Positions 58,781 through 62,071 of a DNA stretch of 62,071 bases are shown here, piece after piece. The notes beneath the pieces are model-generated. The model was given only the letters and a program-made list of their open reading frames with translations, did no database searches and was not told the origin of the DNA. The DNA comes from Mobula hypostoma (taxonomy: Eukaryota). The position numbers and the translations under genes were made by a program. Numbering within the stretch: position 1 is the first letter of the stretch; every line of letters begins with the position of its first letter. The DNA is taken from positions 16,306,001 to 16,368,071 of the forward strand of contig NC_086106.1 in assembly GCF_963921235.1 (NCBI RefSeq). Reading direction: 5' to 3'.

Positions 58781-60084
58781 GTGTGCCAAGTTCCAGGTGG
58801 ATGGGGTGGGTGGGTGTGTCTGTCTGTCTGAGACAAAACAAATTGAAGAAGGTTGGGCACTGGATGTGGTGTACATAGATTTTAGTAAAGTGTGCAGCGA
58901 GGTTCCCCGTGGTAGGCTCATTCAGAGAGTCAGGACACTTGGGATCCAGGGAAATTTGGCTGCATGAATGCGATGTTGGTTTGCCTATAGAAGGCAGAGG
59001 CTGGCATTAGATGTGTCCTTGGCTGCTTAAGTATAGGGAAGACACTCTCCGGTCCCGCCAAATCCGTGAGATTGATACGGCTCTCCCACCTCAAACCCAG
59101 GTTTGTGCGGGTGCTGTGTCATTTGCTACCCTGTTACAGCTCAGTGCCAAGAAATAACAGCCAGCACACTACATACCATTAAAAGAATTATATTTATGAA
59201 TCTTAGCTTAAGGGTTAGCAAAGAAAACGGCCCATTATAGTTAAACAGTCAAATGTGCACGAGTTGGATCTCATCTCAAACTTCTTTGTCACTCACACGA
59301 TGGGCCCTGGGTCAATGTGAATGTCCACACCACCTTCCGATTGTCACTCGCAATCCGTCTCGAACAAGCAGGTTGTATCCTACAACCGGTTCTCCCCAGC
59401 GTCTTCTCTCTTCATCTCCCGCCGAACAAAAGACTCAAGACCAACCTTAGTGTCCCTCACCAAAAAAAAACCTCCCCCTCCCCCCCCGTTCCACCATCCT
59501 AATTGGATGACACACATTCCTCATCATTCCTTATCCTTGGCAGTAACCCAAACAGGCTGAAAGCAGAACAGCCTGCTCTTACAGAACTGCTAAGTGAAAT
59601 ACATACAGCATTACAGTGAAGATGTGAACCAGGGCATTACAGATGGTACGTATTCTGCCTGGAAATCAGTGACAGTGGTATTCCACAGGGATCTGTTCTG
59701 GGTCTTCTCCTTGTGTGTGTGTATGAGAGACAGATAGATCTAGAGAGGATGTTTCCTGTGGGGGGAGAGTCTAAGACCAGAGGACACAGGCTCAGAATAG
59801 AGGGGCATCCTTTTGGAACAGAGACGAGGAGGAATTTCTTTAGCCAGTGAATGGTGAATCTGGAATTCGCTGCCACAGGCAGCTGTGGAGGCCAACTCTT
59901 TAGGAATACTTCAGGCAGAGATTGATAGATCCTTGATTGGTCAGGGCTTGAAGGGATATGGAGAGAAGGCAGGAGATTGAAGCTAAGAGGGAAATGGATC
60001 AGCCATGATGAAATGGCGGAGCAGACTTGATGGGCCAAATGATGTGTGTGAGTGCATGTCTGTCTGTGTGTGGGACTGGGGGGA

Positions 60085-60093
60085 GTGTGTGTG

Positions 60094-60150
<57 letters not shown>
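60085..60150. repeat. (GT)n(GA)n microsatellite
   Basis: Read directly. Confidence 0.95.
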
Positions 60151-60152
<2 letters not shown>

Positions 60153-62071
60153 TTCATTGTCTGCATGGGACATGGGGAGAGTGTGTGTATGTAGGTGTGA
60201 AATTCGGGGGTGGGGGTTTGTGTTTCTGACATGGGGTACCCGTGAGAGACATGTGCTCTGTATATGAGACACACACCTGACCATCGCCTTTGGTGACCAT
60301 CTTTGGGTCCTCACTGGCCACCAGAGTAGTACCAGAAGATTGGAGGCAGGCAAATGTTATTCCTATGTTCAGGAAAGGGAATCGAGATAATCCTGGGAAT
60401 TACAGACCAGTGAGCTGAGCAAGCTGTTGGAGAGGATTCTTCGAGACGGGATTTTCAAGGATTCGGAGAAGTATAGTCTGATTAGAGATGGTCAGCATGG
60501 GCACTTTTGATAAAACTGACCAATCAAATTAAAGTTAGAGTGATGGATGTGGTGTACATGGGTTTTGGGAAGGAGTTCACCATGGTGGTCTGACCCAGAA
60601 AGTCAGGAGGCATGGGACCCAGGGTACCTGGGCTGCATGGGTTCAATATCGGCTTGCACGCGGAATGCAAAAGGTGGTAGTGAATGGAAGACGTTCTGCC
60701 TGGAGGTCAGTGAATGGTGGTGTTCCTCAGCAATCTGTTCTTGGACCCCTGCTCTTTGTGATTTTTATAAAGGACTTGGATGAAGAACCAAAAGGGTTTG
60801 CGGATGGCACAATCTTCTGCTAAGATGGCAGCACATTCGGGTGCAGAGGGTTCTCAGGCCAACCAAAGGTGGTTTTTTTATGATCACAAGACAGTGCTGG
60901 ACTCCAAGAACTTTGGGTACTGCAGGTCCGCCCCATCAGTGAGCTGCTCGTTGGCGAAGGATCTGGACTTGGTGCCGGCTACAGAAAGGTATCCAAGGCG
61001 GTGTGCAGTGTAACTGTCTCGGACGTTTCACTTGCGAATGCAAGACCCTGTTGGACACTGATGATATAGAATGCCGCAGGCCTGTCTCCATTGTTTGGTG
61101 GTGCAACAGACAGCGAGGGAGCTGTGTGGCATCGGATGTAGTGAGGACTAGGCCTCAAGCTGTGGGCTTGCCTGCTGCTGCAGACCGGGAGAGGAGGCGC
61201 TACAGGCGGTGTAGCGTGGTTTCCGTGCTCAGTTGGGGGCTGGTCTCTCCCGTCGGTGCTGCTCTCCAGTGTTCAATCAGTGGAATGACAGGCTGGATTG
61301 CATGCATGTGAACTGCACCATCAATTTGAGGGACACATCGCTCAGAAATTTGGGGTATATATTTTTTTGTGTGACGGTGTGTGTGTTCACTATCTTGAAT
61401 GTACTGTGTGCCTTCTGCTGTGCACATTCTACACCTTGGCCCCAGAGGAACACTGTTTCGTTTGGCTGTATTTATGATAATTAAACACAGAGTAGGTTTG
61501 ATTAGATTTGAAAAGTTGGTGGTGTTGTGGATAGTGTAGAAGGTTGCTCTAGGTCACAAGGGGACATTGATAGGATGCAGAACTGGGCTGGGAAGTGGTA
61601 GATGCGATTTAATCTCAAAAATAAATGCTCGGAGTCCTGTGTTCAGTTCCAGTCACCTCATTATAGGAGGGATATGGAAGCTTTAGAGAGGGTGTGGAGG
61701 AGGTGTTGCCTGGATTAAAGAACGTGCTTTATGAGGAAAGGTTGAACAAGGCAGGGCTTTTCTCCTTGGAGTGAAGGAGAGTGGGAGATGACTTGATCGA
61801 TGTTAAGAGACAGACAGAGTGGGCAGCCAACAGCTTTCTTCACCGAGTGGAAATGGCTAGTACAAGAGGACATGACTGGAGGAAGTTGTAGAGGGAAGTC
61901 AAGAGTGGATTTAGTACGTGGAGAATGTGGGCCTCTGTGGAACACACTGCCAGGGTTGGTGGTAGAGGCAGATACACTGCGGACATTTAAGATATTCTTA
62001 GACGGACATATGGGTGAAAGAGGGCCACGTGGGATGAAAAGGTTAAATTGATCTTGGAGTTGGTTCATTGC

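Overview
Eukaryotic (vertebrate) genomic DNA, most likely from a cartilaginous fish such as a ray. This is inferred from the CR1/Rex-Babar/RTE LINE, V-SINE, Penelope-like and hAT content, and from the divergence of the genes. About two thirds of the window is decayed or nested transposons and GC-rich minisatellites; most long ORFs in the track are artefacts of these. Two split genes sit head-to-head about 2.25 kb apart. (1) Plus strand: METTL3 coding exons 1-5 (46509-58780). The MTase-domain exons were not found before the window ends. (2) Minus strand: an antigen-receptor-like immunoglobulin-superfamily gene that can be assembled by hand with canonical GT-AG phase-1 junctions: leader (44254-44209), a single exon with V and J-like FR4 already joined (43085-42702, no RSS seen), one C1 exon (24036-23725), four intact near-identical tandem C1 exons, a fifth copy broken by an RTE LINE, a Cys-hinge/transmembrane exon (12932-12795) and a probable cytoplasmic exon (12284-12212). 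The predicted product is a membrane receptor of about 740+ aa, L-VJ-C1x5-TM-Cyt, that appears not to rearrange. It lies beside METTL3, a gene that flanks the TCR alpha/delta locus in mammals. Secondary observations: minimal hammerhead-ribozyme motifs in Penelope-derived repeats, duplicated splice donors at METTL3 exon 4, a ~2 kb G-quadruplex-prone array in METTL3 intron 1, inverted 52-bp minisatellite arrays, and nested hAT/CR1 insertions. All alignments were done by eye and TE boundaries are approximate.
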